Positions 8,899-18,156 are shown, counted from the first letter of the stretch. The stretch is DNA of 64,000 nucleotides from Thermodesulfobacteriota bacterium (GCA_963675595.2 CAXXLZ010000002.1:1088001-1152000); one strand, 5' to 3'. Notes: generated from the sequence alone by a model not told the origin. A program made the numbers and translations.

Positions 8899-9927
8899 CT
8901 ATCTGCCCCACGCCTCCAGGATGCGTGTCTCCAGGTCCGTATCCTTGATGCCCCAGCCCGGCAGAAAAACGTCCTGCTGCCAGCAGAAGGCCATGACCGC
9001 CTCCGGGGTCTTGGCCGCGGCGCTCACGCCCTCGTAGATGTCATGAATGGCCCGGAATTTGGCCGCGGCATCGGCTCCGGATTCGATGTGGTTGATTTCG
9101 GTGATGACCCATTTGGACCGGCTTTCGTCTCCGATTTCGTCCACCTTGACGAGATTCTGGAAGCCTTTCACGCTCCCGAAATCGAAATCTCCCGGTCGCT
9201 GGTAGGCGTGGAAATTGAATCGATCCGTGTATCGTTCAAGGCCGAGTTCCAGCAGGCGCTTCGCGATCTTGTGGTAGTCATCTTCCGTGATGCTCGTGAT
9301 CCCCGCGTTCCACACCTCGACCTCGGGGTCATACGTTTTGATCAGCTCATAGGTTCGGCTCAGGAACGCGATATATTCTTCCGGCGTAATCTTGCCGCCC
9401 GTCGGGCCGAGCATGTAACGACCCGGCTCCCACGGCTCGTTCCAGACCTGGTAGGCGTGTACCCGTCCGGCATTCGTCCGGACCATGTCCACCACGTAGG
9501 GCGTCCATTCGTGCTCGAACCAGTAGTCGTCGGAAGGCAGCGCCGTCGGATGGTTCGAATAGCGGCTCTGGTCTTCCAACCGAAACACGAGCTTCAAATC
9601 GTACTGCTCGCACCAATGAGCCATCTCCTCAATGTGCGGCCGGACGTTGCGGTCGTCCCACCACGCTTTCCACGGGTTGCTCACCACCCAGTCGCCCATG
9701 TGTTTGATGCGCTCGAAATCGTCGCGGCCGGGATACTCGATGGTGTAGGCGTCGGGATCGCCGGCCACGGGTGCGTAGGCCAGAGGCAAGACATGGAAGC
9801 CGAACCGCTCCGGCCCCAAGGGTTCGTCCGGATCCCCCGAAAGTCCTCCGCAGCCCGTAACAATGAGCAGGCATACGAACACGGCTATGATGATGCCCCG
9901 GGAAAACGCTCCAAATGTCTTTCGCAT
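8899..9927 (-). CDS. Lipoprotein glycoside hydrolase, clan GH-A-like
   Basis: Signal peptide with IVTGC lipobox; YQVWNEP acid/base motif, FNFHAY, WVITE nucleophile-like motif; AAGGAG RBS. Confidence 0.75.
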   Translation of the reverse strand: MRKTFGAFSRGIIIAVFVCLLIVTGCGGLSGDPDEPLGPERFGFHVLPLAYAPVAGDPDAYTIEYPGRDDFERIKHMGDWVVSNPWKAWWDDRNVRPHIEEMAHWCEQYDLKLVFRLEDQSRYSNHPTALPSDDYWFEHEWTPYVVDMVRTNAGRVHAYQVWNEPWEPGRYMLGPTGGKITPEEYIAFLSRTYELIKTYDPEVEVWNAGITSITEDDYHKIAKRLLELGLERYTDRFNFHAYQRPGDFDFGSVKGFQNLVKVDEIGDESRSKWVITEINHIESGADAAAKFRAIHDIYEGVSAAAKTPEAVMAFCWQQDVFLPGWGIKDTDLETRILEAWGR

Positions 9928-9953
9928 TTCGTGCTCCTTTCTATGATTCCGGT

Positions 9954-9981
9954 GTAGGGGCGGTTCGCGAACCGCCCCTAC
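9954..9981. repeat. GTAG-type REP palindrome (family A)
   Basis: GTAGGGGCGGTTCGCGAACCGCCCCTAC, perfect 28-bp palindrome. Confidence 0.9.
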
Positions 9982-9988
9982 GGGGTTC

Positions 9989-12900
9989 TCATTTCCAGTG
10001 CCTCAATTCGTCTCGAATCGTTTTGCCGATGCGTCCGCGTTTGACGCCTTCCACCACGATGTCCGTAATTTCATTGCCCAAGACCCTCTTGGCCACGGAC
10101 GCAACCTTGCGCCCCACGGCCTCGGGGTCCGTGTCGCCGGTGACATGAATGGAAAAATGCAGGTTCACGGCATCCTTGGCGATGTGCACCGACGGTCCGG
10201 CCGATCCGCCGTTGGACAGCAGGGATAGGGGCAACACGACTTCCGGACCTTTCTCGGCGATGCGGGCGATCTGCGGAGTCACGGCGACGCCGCCGTCCGC
10301 GTAGGACGCACCGAGGAAGTTGGCGATGCCGGCCATGATGCCCGACAGGTTGGCCAGGTCCGTGAGGGCCGTGTCCTTGAGGGTCCTAAGGTAGTCGTTG
10401 ATGGGTGAGTTGCTCCCCAGGTACACGTTCAGGGCCTTGGAAACCGCGCTCGCCTGGGCTTCGTAGACTTCACTCCCGGCCGTCATGATCATGCCGTAAT
10501 AGGTCGCCGCCTGTTCCTGGATCAGACCGAGGGACGTCTCGGCCGCCTTCAGGGCTTCCACCGTCGGGTCCCTGTAGTCCCGGTCGAGACGATCCGCCTC
10601 GTCCTTGATGGTCTGCAGGTACCCGGCATACTGCGTGTTCAGGTCCGTCAACGCCTGGTTGCGTTCCGTATCCAGCCGAGCGATTTCGGTATTATTGGCT
10701 TCGATTCGCTGATCGATGGAATCCAGCAGCCCTTCCTGCGCCGTGATCTGCAAATCAATGGCGTTCAGGGCTTCCACCTGGGCCGCGTTGAGGGCGTTGA
10801 GTTCTTCCTGGAGCGCCGCCGTGTCGCTTGCATTGGCGTCGGCATCGGACTGGAGGGCTTCCAGGCCGGAGAGCACTTCCTGATAGAGCTCCTGGTACTC
10901 GGGACTCGGACGCTGCCAGGCCTCCTGTCCGAGGTTCAGGAGATCGCCGTACAGGTTCTGCAACTGCCCGGCGTACTGGATTTTCTCGTCGCCTGTGGCC
11001 CCGGCGTAGAGGCTCTGCACGCGGGCGATCTCCGCGCGCGCGATGTCGATCCGCTCCTCGATATCCTGCTGGTTGTCCCAGTTGAGCTTCATGTCCAGGA
11101 TTTGATCGGCGATGGATTCCGAAAGCCGCTTCCATTCTTCGGCCGCGGCGATCTGTGCTTCAATGGCGTCGATTTGGGTCCGGTAGGACTCTTCCAGGGC
11201 GGACTTTTCGGTGTTCAATGCATTGATACGATTCTGGATTTCGCCGCGATTGGACTGGAGCGTTTCGTTTTCGGTTTGGAGCGCTTCAATCTGCGCATCA
11301 TAGCCCGCGTTGATGCTCGACACCGCCGCGTTGTACGCCTGCTGCAGGTAGGCGTAAGCGTCCTGAAGCGCCTGGGCTCGGCCTTCGATATCGTCGGGCT
11401 CCAGCGCCAAGCCGGCGTTCCATGCGGCCTGGGCCCGGGAGAACGCGTAGCCGATCTGATTGGAATAGTCGCCGGAGAGCCCGGCCAGGGTGGAACCGAT
11501 GTCCGCGGACAAATCGCGGAGCTGATTCAGGTAGGCGAGCACGCCTTGCAGCCGGGAGATTTCGGCCTCGTACAAGGCGGTCTGCATGGCGAGCGCTTCG
11601 TCGAGCCCGGTTTCCACTTGACCCAGCAGTTCGAGTTTGCGGGCCGGGTCGGCTTCGTTCTGGAAGGCGTTCCAGGCATCCACGGTGTGGTTCCACACGA
11701 TGCCGAAGGTTTCGCTGGATCCGGTCAACGAGTCGATCTTGGCCTGGAGCCGGGTGGTGAACTCGTACTGAGCCGCGTTCAACGCCTCCAGCTCGTCCCG
11801 CAGCCCTTCCACGAACGCCTTTTCCGATTCGTAGCGGTCCACGACCAGGGCCTTGATCTGGTTGAGGTAATCGATTTGTTCCGAGGGGTCGTTGGTCTCG
11901 CCGAATTTCTCCCAAAGCAAGGAGATGGATTCTCCGGTGTCGGCCATTTGATTCTGAAACGCCTGGACACCGTAAGGGTCTTCGCCGGAGATGGCCAGGG
12001 AGGCTTCCTCCAAGTCTTCCATCGACTCCCGCGCCGTGCCGATGGCCTGGGCCAGCCGTACCACCACGTCGCGCCAATCTTCGCCCTCCTTCGCCATGTG
12101 TCCGAAGGTTTCGCGAGAAGTTGTCGCAAAAATCGAATCCGGACCGAACAGCTCGTCGGCGAAGTCCATGATAATGTTCGCGGCCACGTCCGTGAAGGCA
12201 TCCTGCACCGTCTCCACGTCCTCAGTTTGGAAGGACCATCCCTCATGATCCGCCATGAGCTCGGTGAACGACTTTTTCATCTCGCCGCCGACGCCGTCGA
12301 AAAACGACCGAATACTCTTGATGAAATCGGTATTCTGGGCGCTGGTCCAATCCTCTCCGCTCTGACTCATATGGCGGGCCGACTCAAACCAGGTGCGGCC
12401 TCCGGCGCCTTCCCGAAAACCCACCTGCAGATTAGGCGCTTCGGGGGATGCTCCATACAGGTTGCTGAAGAACCCGCCCGGATCCCAGAAATTGAGGGCC
12501 ATGCCAATGGGTTCTCCCATAGTAGCAAATCCGCCCGCGACCGGCCCTTCCAATGCTCTGAACCAGGGAGATTCCGCCCGCTTTGCGATGTCCTTGCTGT
12601 TGAACCAGGGGATTTTGTCGCTGCTCAGTATCGGTCCGAGAAACTGCCCCGCGTAGGGAATCATGTAGGCCGCCCCGGTCCCGAACTGGTGCCATCCCAG
12701 CGCGTTGTTGCCTTTGGAGAAGGATTGGCCCGATTGCAGCATGGAGAGCGCCAAACCTAAGTAGTTGGCAGTTCCATAGGCCGAACCAGCGCTGGTCGAG
12801 GATTCGGGCATGGGTCCGACACCCGGATCGATCTCGGCATACGGATTCTTGGACCGTCCGCCGAACCACCCTGACCACAGGCCTCGCATGTTGCCCCAAG

Positions 12901-13870
12901 CTTGACTCATGATGCTCGTCCAGGTGGCCTCTGTGGTGGTCTTACCACCCTCGGGAACCGTGAACAGTTCTCGGATTCCTGAGACGACGGATTCGCCGAG
13001 CATGTTGGATAGCAACCGTTTAAAAGCATCCTCGATGCCTCGAAAACTGAGCTCGGCATTGTCCAGAACAGCGTTAAAGGTATCCGAGAGCTGATTCTCG
13101 AGCACGCCTGCCATGCGCTTCCATCCGGAAGTCGCCGAGTCGGTAGCCTCCACCTGTTTCTTCACTTTCCCCGTACTGTCGCTCACCGTGGCCGCGTATC
13201 CGGAAACCGCCGACGCCGCCTCTCCCGCGTCTCGAACAAACATCTCGAACTGCGAGTTCGCCCGTTCTCCTTCGTCCGCCGTGCGTCGCACGGCCATGCC
13301 GTATTGATCCGCCGCCACGTTGATATAACCCAGCCGCTCGTCCAGCACGGTCACGGTTCGCACGAATTGGTCATGATTCCAAGTGAAGTCCGGTAGCGCA
13401 GCTCCCAGGCGGGTCAGACAATCGAGATTCGAGGATAACGCGGCGTTATAGCTCACGAACGTGTCTGCAGCCTTACCGGCTTTCTCAGACGCTTTACCCA
13501 CGGACTCGGCCGCTTCGACACCGAAAGCCTTGGAACCCAGGTCGATGGAAAAGTCCATAGCCTCCCTCATGCGCTCCGTACTGCCCGTCACACCTTCGAG
13601 CAGCTTCTCCAACCGCTCGAAGCGCACGCCCGTATCCCAGAACGACTTTGCCAAATTGGCCGGCCAGCTCTTGAACAACCCCTGCAGGTTGAAAATGCGC
13701 TGTTCAACTTGGCCGAGCATATCCGTGACGCCGGAATAGCCGAGCTTAACCCCGTCCCAGCCCTTCCGGAGGCCGGTCTTGAGACGATCCGTATTCATCA
13801 GGATGGTATCTACGCCCTGAACATATCCGGACGCGTCCAACCTCGCCGCCAATGTGTGGATTTCAGCCAT
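9989..13870 (-). CDS. Tape measure protein
   Basis: 1293 aa, Ala/Glu/Gln-rich helical; C-terminal YADGG...IAEKGPEVVLPL motif; follows the tail chaperone. Confidence 0.9.
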   Translation of the reverse strand: MAEIHTLAARLDASGYVQGVDTILMNTDRLKTGLRKGWDGVKLGYSGVTDMLGQVEQRIFNLQGLFKSWPANLAKSFWDTGVRFERLEKLLEGVTGSTERMREAMDFSIDLGSKAFGVEAAESVGKASEKAGKAADTFVSYNAALSSNLDCLTRLGAALPDFTWNHDQFVRTVTVLDERLGYINVAADQYGMAVRRTADEGERANSQFEMFVRDAGEAASAVSGYAATVSDSTGKVKKQVEATDSATSGWKRMAGVLENQLSDTFNAVLDNAELSFRGIEDAFKRLLSNMLGESVVSGIRELFTVPEGGKTTTEATWTSIMSQAWGNMRGLWSGWFGGRSKNPYAEIDPGVGPMPESSTSAGSAYGTANYLGLALSMLQSGQSFSKGNNALGWHQFGTGAAYMIPYAGQFLGPILSSDKIPWFNSKDIAKRAESPWFRALEGPVAGGFATMGEPIGMALNFWDPGGFFSNLYGASPEAPNLQVGFREGAGGRTWFESARHMSQSGEDWTSAQNTDFIKSIRSFFDGVGGEMKKSFTELMADHEGWSFQTEDVETVQDAFTDVAANIIMDFADELFGPDSIFATTSRETFGHMAKEGEDWRDVVVRLAQAIGTARESMEDLEEASLAISGEDPYGVQAFQNQMADTGESISLLWEKFGETNDPSEQIDYLNQIKALVVDRYESEKAFVEGLRDELEALNAAQYEFTTRLQAKIDSLTGSSETFGIVWNHTVDAWNAFQNEADPARKLELLGQVETGLDEALAMQTALYEAEISRLQGVLAYLNQLRDLSADIGSTLAGLSGDYSNQIGYAFSRAQAAWNAGLALEPDDIEGRAQALQDAYAYLQQAYNAAVSSINAGYDAQIEALQTENETLQSNRGEIQNRINALNTEKSALEESYRTQIDAIEAQIAAAEEWKRLSESIADQILDMKLNWDNQQDIEERIDIARAEIARVQSLYAGATGDEKIQYAGQLQNLYGDLLNLGQEAWQRPSPEYQELYQEVLSGLEALQSDADANASDTAALQEELNALNAAQVEALNAIDLQITAQEGLLDSIDQRIEANNTEIARLDTERNQALTDLNTQYAGYLQTIKDEADRLDRDYRDPTVEALKAAETSLGLIQEQAATYYGMIMTAGSEVYEAQASAVSKALNVYLGSNSPINDYLRTLKDTALTDLANLSGIMAGIANFLGASYADGGVAVTPQIARIAEKGPEVVLPLSLLSNGGSAGPSVHIAKDAVNLHFSIHVTGDTDPEAVGRKVASVAKRVLGNEITDIVVEGVKRGRIGKTIRDELRHWK

Positions 13871-13878
13871 CTACCTTT

Positions 13879-14226
13879 TCACTTCCTCGATGCCGCCCAG
13901 GACAAATACTCCCGGTCGATGGTCTTCACCTGCTCCACCAACTCCAGCCTGTACTCCTTGGGCACTTCCCTCAAATCCAGGTACGCCACAATTTCTCCCA
14001 GAGGGATGGGCCCCGGAACCAAGCCGCCCATGCCCGCCGGCGCGTACCCCCGGAAGGGATGTAGAAACCGCCAGGACTCCCACCCGGCATCGAATCCGGG
14101 AGCCAGTTCGGGCGGGTTCCATTCGGGTACCTGAATTCCATAACGTTCCGCGTCCTCCGGCCGGATCGCCCCCAGGTGCTCCTGTTTTTCCGCGTTACGA
14201 AAGACCCAACGGGCGAAATCAATCAG
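13879..14226 (-). CDS. C-terminal extension of tail assembly chaperone, reached by -1 frameshift (not in ORF track)
   Basis: Open -1 frame after A AAA AAC: LIDFARWVF...PPELAPGFDAGWESWRFLHPFRG...GMGG.VPGPIPLGEIVAYLDL...KTIDREYL...RK*; stops 8 bp before the tape measure ATG. Confidence 0.8.
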   Translation of the reverse strand: MIDFARWVFRNAEKQEHLGAIRPEDAERYGIQVPEWNPPELAPGFDAGWESWRFLHPFRGYAPAGMGGLVPGPIPLGEIVAYLDLREVPKEYRLELVEQVKTIDREYLSWAASRK

Positions 14227-14606
14227 TTTTTTTCGTCGGTTTCCTCATCCGTGAAGTTGTGCACGTTCAACGCAATCCCCACCACCAGTTCCCGAAAGTC
14301 GGGAAAGTCCATGAGGTATCGGTACCGCTTGTCCGGAGTGCACTCCACCGGCTCCCCGTTCTCATCAACGCCCTCCCAATCCAGAAGCACCGCCTCGGAC
14401 AACGCCTTGGTGGACAGCTCCGTCTGAGTGTCCTCGGGAATCGTACGCATGTTCTTGAACGGCCTGCGCAGGCGCTTGAGCACGCTCTCGTGCCGCTCAT
14501 TGCCCACCTTGGCGATCTTCAATCGAGCTCCGTCCCCCACGTCGAACCACTTGCCCGAGGTCGCCTCGTCCGTCACCCGATACACCTTCGTTATGTCCAA
14601 TCCCAT
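14223..14606 (-). CDS. Tail assembly chaperone (gpG-like)
   Basis: 127 aa between tube and tape measure; VLLDWEGV motif; ends GAA AAA AAC TGA. Confidence 0.85.
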   Translation of the reverse strand: MGLDITKVYRVTDEATSGKWFDVGDGARLKIAKVGNERHESVLKRLRRPFKNMRTIPEDTQTELSTKALSEAVLLDWEGVDENGEPVECTPDKRYRYLMDFPDFRELVVGIALNVHNFTDEETDEKN

Positions 14607-14638
14607 GAAACCTCCTGATTTCTTTTCGGGATGGAACC

Positions 14639-14928
14639 AGGAACCCTTTGAAAAGGGTTCCTGAGACCTCCCAAACTTTCTAAGTGTGGGTTCCGCCTTC
14701 GGCAGGAACCGCCGGGGCGTATGGCACGCTGTGTGCGCCTCCCATAGGGTGACTGTCTATGGTTCCCGAACTCTCCTGAACTTCTTGAGTGTTGGGTCCC
14801 CCTTCTTCAGGGAGCCGACGAAATCCGTGCCGCTGCCCTGTTACTCCTCGCCGAAGGCGGGGTGGAACCTGCTCAAGGTTTTTGGGGAAGGGGCGGGAAA
14901 CCCCTTTTTTCAAAAAGGGGTTTCCCGC
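14639..14928. repeat. Composite MITE/REPIN-like element: inverted pair of family B repeats around internal hairpins
   Basis: AGGAACCCTTTGAAAAGGGTTCCT at left, GCGGGAAACCCCTTTTTTCAAAAAGGGGTTTCCCGC at right; internal CGCCTTCGGC/GCCGAAGGCG and TGCGCCTCCC..AGGGTG units. Confidence 0.8.
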
Positions 14929-14932
14929 TCTC

Positions 14933-16060
14933 TCATCTTGAAATCAGAATCTGCGATCCCAGGGTTTCGTCCAGCAGGGCCTGGAAGGGCATATCCAGCA
15001 TGATTTCGTTTTCTCCGCCCACTTGAGGCGTACTGCCGCTGAATTCAATGTTGGGGATGTAGATTCGATACTGGTTGCCGTCGGCATCCGGGATGCGCAG
15101 GTCCAGGCTTGAGGGCGTTTTGTCGAGCCATTTGTTGAGCAAGGTCAGATCCTGGAAGAGCGCCGACAGGGAGCCGGTGAGGTTGGACCGACCTTCGGAG
15201 ATGTCCGCCTTGCTGTTGCTTCCCAGCGTGTAGACCGCGTTGAGATTGTTGGCTAGGTTGAGGGTCACCGAGGCCACGAGCGCGATGACGGTTCCGCCTT
15301 CCTTGACCATCATGGAGTTGTCGGAACCTTCGAAGGGATCGTTGGAAGCCACGGCCGAGGGCGATCCCAAGGGGGATGAAGTGAAGCTCTGGCTCTTGCC
15401 CGACAGTCCTAAGGACCCGGTGATCATAGCGTTGGGACGGATTTCGAGGCTCAACGTGTCCACCAGGCATCCGGTGAACACCGCGCCTTTGGCGATGTCC
15501 GCGAACCACTTTTCGATGGTGAAGGACTTCTGCACGCTCCCGGCCTTCAAGAACTCGCAGGAAATCGTGATGGAGGTGCCGGAACCTTCATCCGCCATGG
15601 CTTCCACCGTGACCAACGATCCGGAAGCCGCCGTGGCCACGGTGTAGTACCCGTCATTACTTACCGAATCCGATACGCGGATCACGTCTCCCACTTCGAA
15701 CGCTCCCAAGCCGTTGCCCGAATCCGTGATGGTCTTGGATGCCTGATCGAGGGAAATGGTGGCTGCGGTGACCTTCTTGGTTTCGTCCCACGTGTTCCAG
15801 AGAGCTCCTTCCAAAAAGGCGTCGAGGGCCCCGTATGAAAATTCGAAGTTGAAGGACCCCCGCACGTCCACCGCGCCTCGAGACACCGCGGCAATCATCC
15901 GGTCTCCCCGGATTTCGTTGCTCTGTAACTGCTCGATGCTTCCCGCCAAAGACTCGGTGGTGTACCGAACCTTCTTCATGGACGGCGTCTCGGGAGTCGT
16001 TCCCCATTCCACCTCGGGCACATAATTCAACTGGGCCCTGGAACCCGATGCATACGGCAT
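14933..16060 (-). CDS. Major tail tube protein
   Basis: EVEWGTTP, SNEIRGDR, KSFTIEKWF.D, FTGCLVDTLSL, GRSNLTGS motifs; AGGAG RBS. Confidence 0.85.
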   Translation of the reverse strand: MPYASGSRAQLNYVPEVEWGTTPETPSMKKVRYTTESLAGSIEQLQSNEIRGDRMIAAVSRGAVDVRGSFNFEFSYGALDAFLEGALWNTWDETKKVTAATISLDQASKTITDSGNGLGAFEVGDVIRVSDSVSNDGYYTVATAASGSLVTVEAMADEGSGTSITISCEFLKAGSVQKSFTIEKWFADIAKGAVFTGCLVDTLSLEIRPNAMITGSLGLSGKSQSFTSSPLGSPSAVASNDPFEGSDNSMMVKEGGTVIALVASVTLNLANNLNAVYTLGSNSKADISEGRSNLTGSLSALFQDLTLLNKWLDKTPSSLDLRIPDADGNQYRIYIPNIEFSGSTPQVGGENEIMLDMPFQALLDETLGSQILISR

Positions 16061-16087
16061 GATGAACTCCTATTTTCTGGTAGAAGA

Positions 16088-16114
16088 TAGGGGCGGTTCG
16101 CGAACCGCCCCTAC
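16088..16114. repeat. GTAG-type REP palindrome (family A)
   Basis: TAGGGGCGGTTCGCGAACCGCCCCTAC. Confidence 0.9.
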
Positions 16115-16121
16115 GTAAGTC

Positions 16122-16523
16122 CTATTCCCCCACGCATTCGAAAGCCGTGAAGGGGCAGAGCACCGGGATTTGGAGCCGTTGGTCTCCGGTGATGGCCGGA
16201 GTGGGATAGGGTGCTCGGAAGCGGATGTGCCCCACGGTTTTTCGGTTGAACAAGGCACGGAGGCCGTCCACCAGGGTCCAGGCGGTTTCCGTGCCTTGAG
16301 CCTTGGGCACAAAGACATTGATGTGCAGCAGGCCGGGGACGTGGTTGGACCCGCCGGTTCCCAGGGTGGCGGCTTCCACTCGTCCGGGGAGGATGGCCGG
16401 TTGAATCCAGGGTTGGGCTTCGGGAGGCGCAAAGGACGTGTTGGGCCAATGGATTTGCGTAACGGTCCAGTATTCCGAAAGGTAGGGTTCAATTACGTTC
16501 CGAATGTCCGTGTAGGTGTCCAT
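16122..16523 (-). CDS. Tail terminator-like protein
   Basis: WPNTSF.PP...WI, GLLHINVFVP..QGT pattern; position upstream of tube gene. Confidence 0.75.
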   Translation of the reverse strand: MDTYTDIRNVIEPYLSEYWTVTQIHWPNTSFAPPEAQPWIQPAILPGRVEAATLGTGGSNHVPGLLHINVFVPKAQGTETAWTLVDGLRALFNRKTVGHIRFRAPYPTPAITGDQRLQIPVLCPFTAFECVGE

Positions 16524-16574
16524 GCGTTAACGCCTCCGCCAATGGGTTCAGCGATAGACCGTAGGAGATCGATG

Positions 16575-16660
16575 AGATGTACCGGGCGCTCACCCCGAAA
16601 CCCGAGGAGTGTGACGGAGTACGACGCGAGCACGAAGGACATGCGGCAACGCAACAAAGT
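16575..16660. repeat. Degenerate repeat family C
   Basis: GTACGACGCGAGCACGAAGGACATGCGGCAACGC resembles GTACGCCGCAGCGACGAAGGCTGAAGCGCAACGC at 19907 and the copy at 47071. Confidence 0.55.
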
Positions 16661-16678
16661 GCCTGTTTCCACAGCCGG

Positions 16679-17086
16679 TCAAACCCAACCGCATTTCTTT
16701 GCCGCTTCCGTGAAAATTCCTGCCGACTCATCCAAGGCCACCGCCGTCATACTCGCGGGAGCCTGAGCTGAATGCCCGTGTTCGAGGAGCCTGATGTAGG
16801 CCACGTTGTTGTAGACCCACCATTCAGGACTGGTGAGTCCTCCCAGGGACGGAGTCTCGGGTGCGGGATAGTGCTCGGAACCGGAGTCCGGCGTCCATGG
16901 GGACCACCGGGATTCAAGCCGCCACCCCGCCCGCGCGTAGCCGGTGTCTACCGAGGTAAGCAACGTCACGCGAGAATGCAGAGCTTGAGCCACGGCCTTA
17001 CAGATTCGTTCCGGCTTCTTGGACACGGCTTTCTTGTAGCGGTCCAGGCCTCTATTGAATTCCTTGATGTTCAGTTCGAATTCCAT
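16679..17086 (-). CDS. HK97 gp10-like tail completion/neck protein
   Basis: TSVDTGYARAGW, YNNVAYIRLLEHGHSAQAP motifs; start MEFELN. Confidence 0.8.
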   Translation of the reverse strand: MEFELNIKEFNRGLDRYKKAVSKKPERICKAVAQALHSRVTLLTSVDTGYARAGWRLESRWSPWTPDSGSEHYPAPETPSLGGLTSPEWWVYNNVAYIRLLEHGHSAQAPASMTAVALDESAGIFTEAAKKCGWV

Positions 17087-17099
17087 TTGTGTAACCTGA

Positions 17100-17139
17100 G
17101 ACCTAGTAGGGGCGGTTCGCGAACCGCCCCTACTAGGTC
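17100..17139. repeat. Family A REP inside a perfect 40-bp palindrome
   Basis: GACCTAGTAGGGGCGGTTCG|CGAACCGCCCCTACTAGGTC; contains the stop codon of the upstream gene. Confidence 0.9.
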
Positions 17140-17486
17140 CTGCGAAGATGCAGCTCGTAATACGCTTCCGACAAGTCCAGATTGACCAAGACCACGCTGT
17201 AGGTCCGTCCACCCACAGTCACCCGGTCTCCCGGTTCCGGAGCGGTCCCGTGCACGCTCACCAAGCCCTTACGGTCTCCGTCCACAATGCGTCCCTGACC
17301 CATGACTCTTTCGGTGTCCGAAAATTGGGATTCCAGGAGCGCACCGGTCCACACGATGGAATCTTCGGACACGGCCCCGGTTTCCGGATCGTAGGTCCCT
17401 TGAGGCCGAATGAAGGTCGCCGCCGTTCCCAGGCCTTCGATGAGCTGCCTCGCCATGCGTTGGGCTCGTGCCTTCACGAAAAACAC
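17133..17486 (-). CDS. Head closure / head-tail joining protein
   Basis: GTYDPETG, IVDGDRK, PEPGDRV...YELHLR pattern and position. Confidence 0.7.
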   Translation of the reverse strand: MFFVKARAQRMARQLIEGLGTAATFIRPQGTYDPETGAVSEDSIVWTGALLESQFSDTERVMGQGRIVDGDRKGLVSVHGTAPEPGDRVTVGGRTYSVVLVNLDLSEAYYELHLRRT

Positions 17487-17487
17487 G

Positions 17488-17970
17488 CTATCCTCTCCTC
17501 AAAACCACCGATCCGGGACACGACCGGAATGGCGCGATCAGCCGATCCACCGCGGGCGGAAACGCGCCTCCGGGGTCCACTCCGGAAAGGGACATGGATA
17601 ATCCGCCCACGGAAAAAGACTGGACTCCCTCCAACGGGCTGTCCCCACCGGACAACAGCCACAGAGCCAGTTCACAGGCCGCGTCTTGAACCCGGTCCGG
17701 GATCGCGTTCTCGAGCACCAACGCGTCGAACAGATACACTCCGGCCCTGGGCCACTCCAGAGCCTGAGCCTCGGAAGTCTTCTCCCCGGTCCACCGAATA
17801 CGGTCCATCCGACGCGCAACGTCCATCAACGCCTTCTGCCGCGTCTCCGTATTCGCCGAATCCCAAGGCCCGGAACCCGTACGCTTGGCGAAGTAATCAT
17901 CCGCATCTTCCAAGGACACGTAGGTGTTCGTCGAACCTCCACCCACGGTTGCGTCAAATGTAACGGACAC
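17488..17970 (-). CDS. Head-tail adaptor (DnaT-like phage family)
   Basis: NTYVSLEDADDYF, QALEWPR, IPDRVQDAACELA motifs. Confidence 0.8.
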   Translation of the reverse strand: MSVTFDATVGGGSTNTYVSLEDADDYFAKRTGSGPWDSANTETRQKALMDVARRMDRIRWTGEKTSEAQALEWPRAGVYLFDALVLENAIPDRVQDAACELALWLLSGGDSPLEGVQSFSVGGLSMSLSGVDPGGAFPPAVDRLIAPFRSCPGSVVLRRG

Positions 17971-17984
17971 GTCAGCCTCCTTTT

Positions 17985-18135
17985 TGGGAGCCCTTTAGCG
18001 TTGCGGCACCCTTTGGGAGCCGCCGGAGCGTGCGCAACGTTGTGTGCGCCTCCCGCAGGGTGGCGCCTGCTTGGGGGTCCCGAACCCTCCCAAATTTTTC
18101 AGGTGGGGGTTCCGCCTTCGGCGGTCCCCTGGAGT
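17985..18135. repeat. Composite repeat relic sharing internal units with 14639-14928
   Basis: TGTGTGCGCCTCCCGCAGGGTGGCGCC and CCCGAACCCTCCCAAATTTTT...GGTTCCGCCTTCGGC. Confidence 0.7.
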
Positions 18136-18156
18136 GCGTGAGTCAAGATCCGGATG

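Noticed and set aside
13871-14222. ORF-track calls 13871-14122 and 13971-14222 between chaperone and tape measure
   Set aside because: Wrong frames; the third frame reached by -1 slippage gives the chaperone-like sequence
546-16523. Tailocin or contractile injection system interpretation
   Set aside because: No sheath or baseplate wedge genes; terminase, portal and capsid are present and intact
8827-17139. 28-bp palindromic repeats resembling CRISPR repeats
   Set aside because: Dispersed over kilobases between genes, no regular spacers, no cas genes
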